Shown piece by piece: positions 48,744 to 50,406 of a DNA stretch of 50,406 nucleotides. Source of the DNA: Chiloscyllium plagiosum (lineage: Eukaryota). The position numbers and the translations under genes were made by a program. The stretch lies in NCBI RefSeq assembly GCF_004010195.1, contig NC_057756.1:10595165-10645570 (forward strand), in the 5' to 3' direction. A model generated the notes under the pieces. It was given only the letters and a program-made list of their open reading frames with translations. It was not told where the DNA came from and did not search any database. How positions within the stretch are numbered: the first letter of the stretch is position 1; every line of letters starts with the position of its first letter.

Positions 48744-49100
48744 AAATTGCACTGACGACGCTGACTTTTGCAATCTCCTTTTGCAGGACGTTAGAAAGGG
48801 AGGATTTGTGGACGGAGGGCTGACTGGGACACTTGATTCTTTGGAGATCTGAACGTGATCGGGCCTCTGAATCAGAAGACAAAAATGTTTCTCTGTTCTG
48901 GCTACCGCACCAAAGATTTCAAAACCGTTGAGGCGACTGGGAAGGCACTGGGGCACTGCCTGGAGTGAGCGTGTCCCAGTAGACTGACCGCGGAAGGAAG
49001 TTTGACCGGTTAAGCAGCCTGGGGAAAATGCATCTCGCCGAGGCGAGAGGCGTTCTGTGTGGAGGCAAGACCCTGACGCTGAACCTGGGAGAGACTCAGG

Positions 49101-49910
49101 ATGGAGAAACCGTGGAATTGCAAGGATTGTGGGAAGGAATTCAGATTCCCATTTAAACTGGAGGTTTGCCGAATGCCTTCCCACCGGGGACCGGCCGTTC
49201 ACCTCCTCGGAGTGCGGAAAGGGGTTCAGCCAGTTGTCCACCCGACTGTCCCACCAGTTCACCACCGAGAGAAACCCTTCAAGTGCACCGACTGTGGGGG
49301 TGGCTTCAAAAACCCTCAAGACGTGATGGTACACCGGTGGCTTCACACAAGGAGGGGCCGTTCGCCTGCTCTCAGTGCGCCAGGATAGTGTCCGGCCTGC
49401 GGAGACACCAGCTCGTCCACACCGGGGAGGGGCCGTTCGCCTGCTCTCAGTGCGCCAGGATAGTGTCCGGCCTGCGGAGACACCAGCTCGTCCTCACCGG
49501 GGAGAGGCCGTTCACCTGCTCTCAGTGCGCCAGGATAGTGTCCGGCCTGCGGAGACACCAGCTCGTCCACACCGGGGAGAGGCCGTTCACCTGTGCCGTG
49601 TGCGGGAAGGGCTTCGGCTGCTCGTCCACCCAGCAGCAACACCAGCTCGTCCACACCGGGGAGAGGCCGTTCACCTGTGCCGTGTGTGGGAAGGGCTTCG
49701 GTGAATCCTCGGGGCTGCTGACTCCGCCGCGTCCACACCGGGGAGAGGCTGTTCCCTTGCGCCGTGTGCGGGAAGGGCTTCGATGAATCCTCGGGACTGC
49801 TGACTCACCGCCGCGTCCACACCGGGGAGAGGCCGTTCCCTTGCGCCGTGTGCGGAAAAGGATTCACTCAGTCCTCCAGTCTGGTGAGACACCAGCAGGT
49901 TCGCAAGTGA
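49101..49910 (+). pseudogene. C2H2 zinc-finger gene (about 10 fingers, MEKPW start), disrupted by several frameshifts
   Basis: HTGERPF linkers and CxxC...HxxxH units spread across different frames (shifts near 49180, 49260, 49350, 49723); TGA at 49908-49910; acceptor CTCCTTTTGCAG ending 48786 with CTGAC branch motifs upstream. Confidence 0.82.
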
Positions 49911-50109
49911 TCGATTGGATTCTGCTGGCCCTGCTGGTCTGAATCACGCCCAGGACTGAACCATCCTGACACGGAGTGGTGGCGGTGGGGGGGCGGTGGA
50001 TTAGTTTCTGTTGGACTGGCCACTCTCACCCACTTCGCTTCCAGTGGGGCTGATGCTGTCTGAGCCCAGGACTCTACATTCCCACTGATAGGATGCACAA
50101 AAAAAACAC

Positions 50110-50406
50110 ATAAAGTCATACACCCTTCGGTCCGACCCGTCCATGCCGAGCAGATATCCCAACCCAATCTAGTCCCACCTGCCAGCACCCGGCCCATATC
50201 CCTCCAAACCCTTCCAATTCATATACCCATCCAAATGCCTCTTAAATGTTGCAATTGTACCAGCCTCCACCACTTCCTCTGGCAGCTCATTCCATACACC
50301 CACCACACTCTGCATGAAAAAGTTGCCCCTTAGGTCTCTTTTATATCTTTCCCCTCTCACCCTAAATCTATGCCCTCTAGTTCTGGACTCCCCCACCCCA
50401 GGGAAA
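50110..50406 (-). mobile_element. CR1/HER1 3' end running off the window
   Basis: ORF 50169-50396 GESRTRGHRFRVRG...WNELPEEVVEAGTIATFKRHLDGYM. Confidence 0.92.

Overview
Eukaryotic, repeat-dominated window, almost certainly from an elasmobranch (shark) draft assembly: it carries many HE1-type V-SINEs with (AATCT)n tails and CR1/HER1 LINE fragments, plus several N gaps. No intact protein-coding gene is supported. Layout: (i) 1-10450, a 7-bp minisatellite with zones and higher-order repeats; (ii) 13290-29448, a single HE1 SINE whose internal 52-bp unit has expanded to roughly 280 copies (about 16 kb) while the tRNA-like head and LINE-like tail remain at the ends; (iii) 29450-48500, nested TEs, including a probable solo LTR and an internally deleted, three-zinc-finger R2 retrotransposon (33650-36012) sitting inside a CR1 rather than in 28S rDNA; (iv) Penelope-like element (PLE) pieces throughout, carrying minimal hammerhead ribozyme cores, three of them inserted in the SINE satellite; (v) 48787-49910, a frameshifted C2H2 zinc-finger gene of the MEKPW type. 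All family calls come from manual motif recognition; no database search was run.
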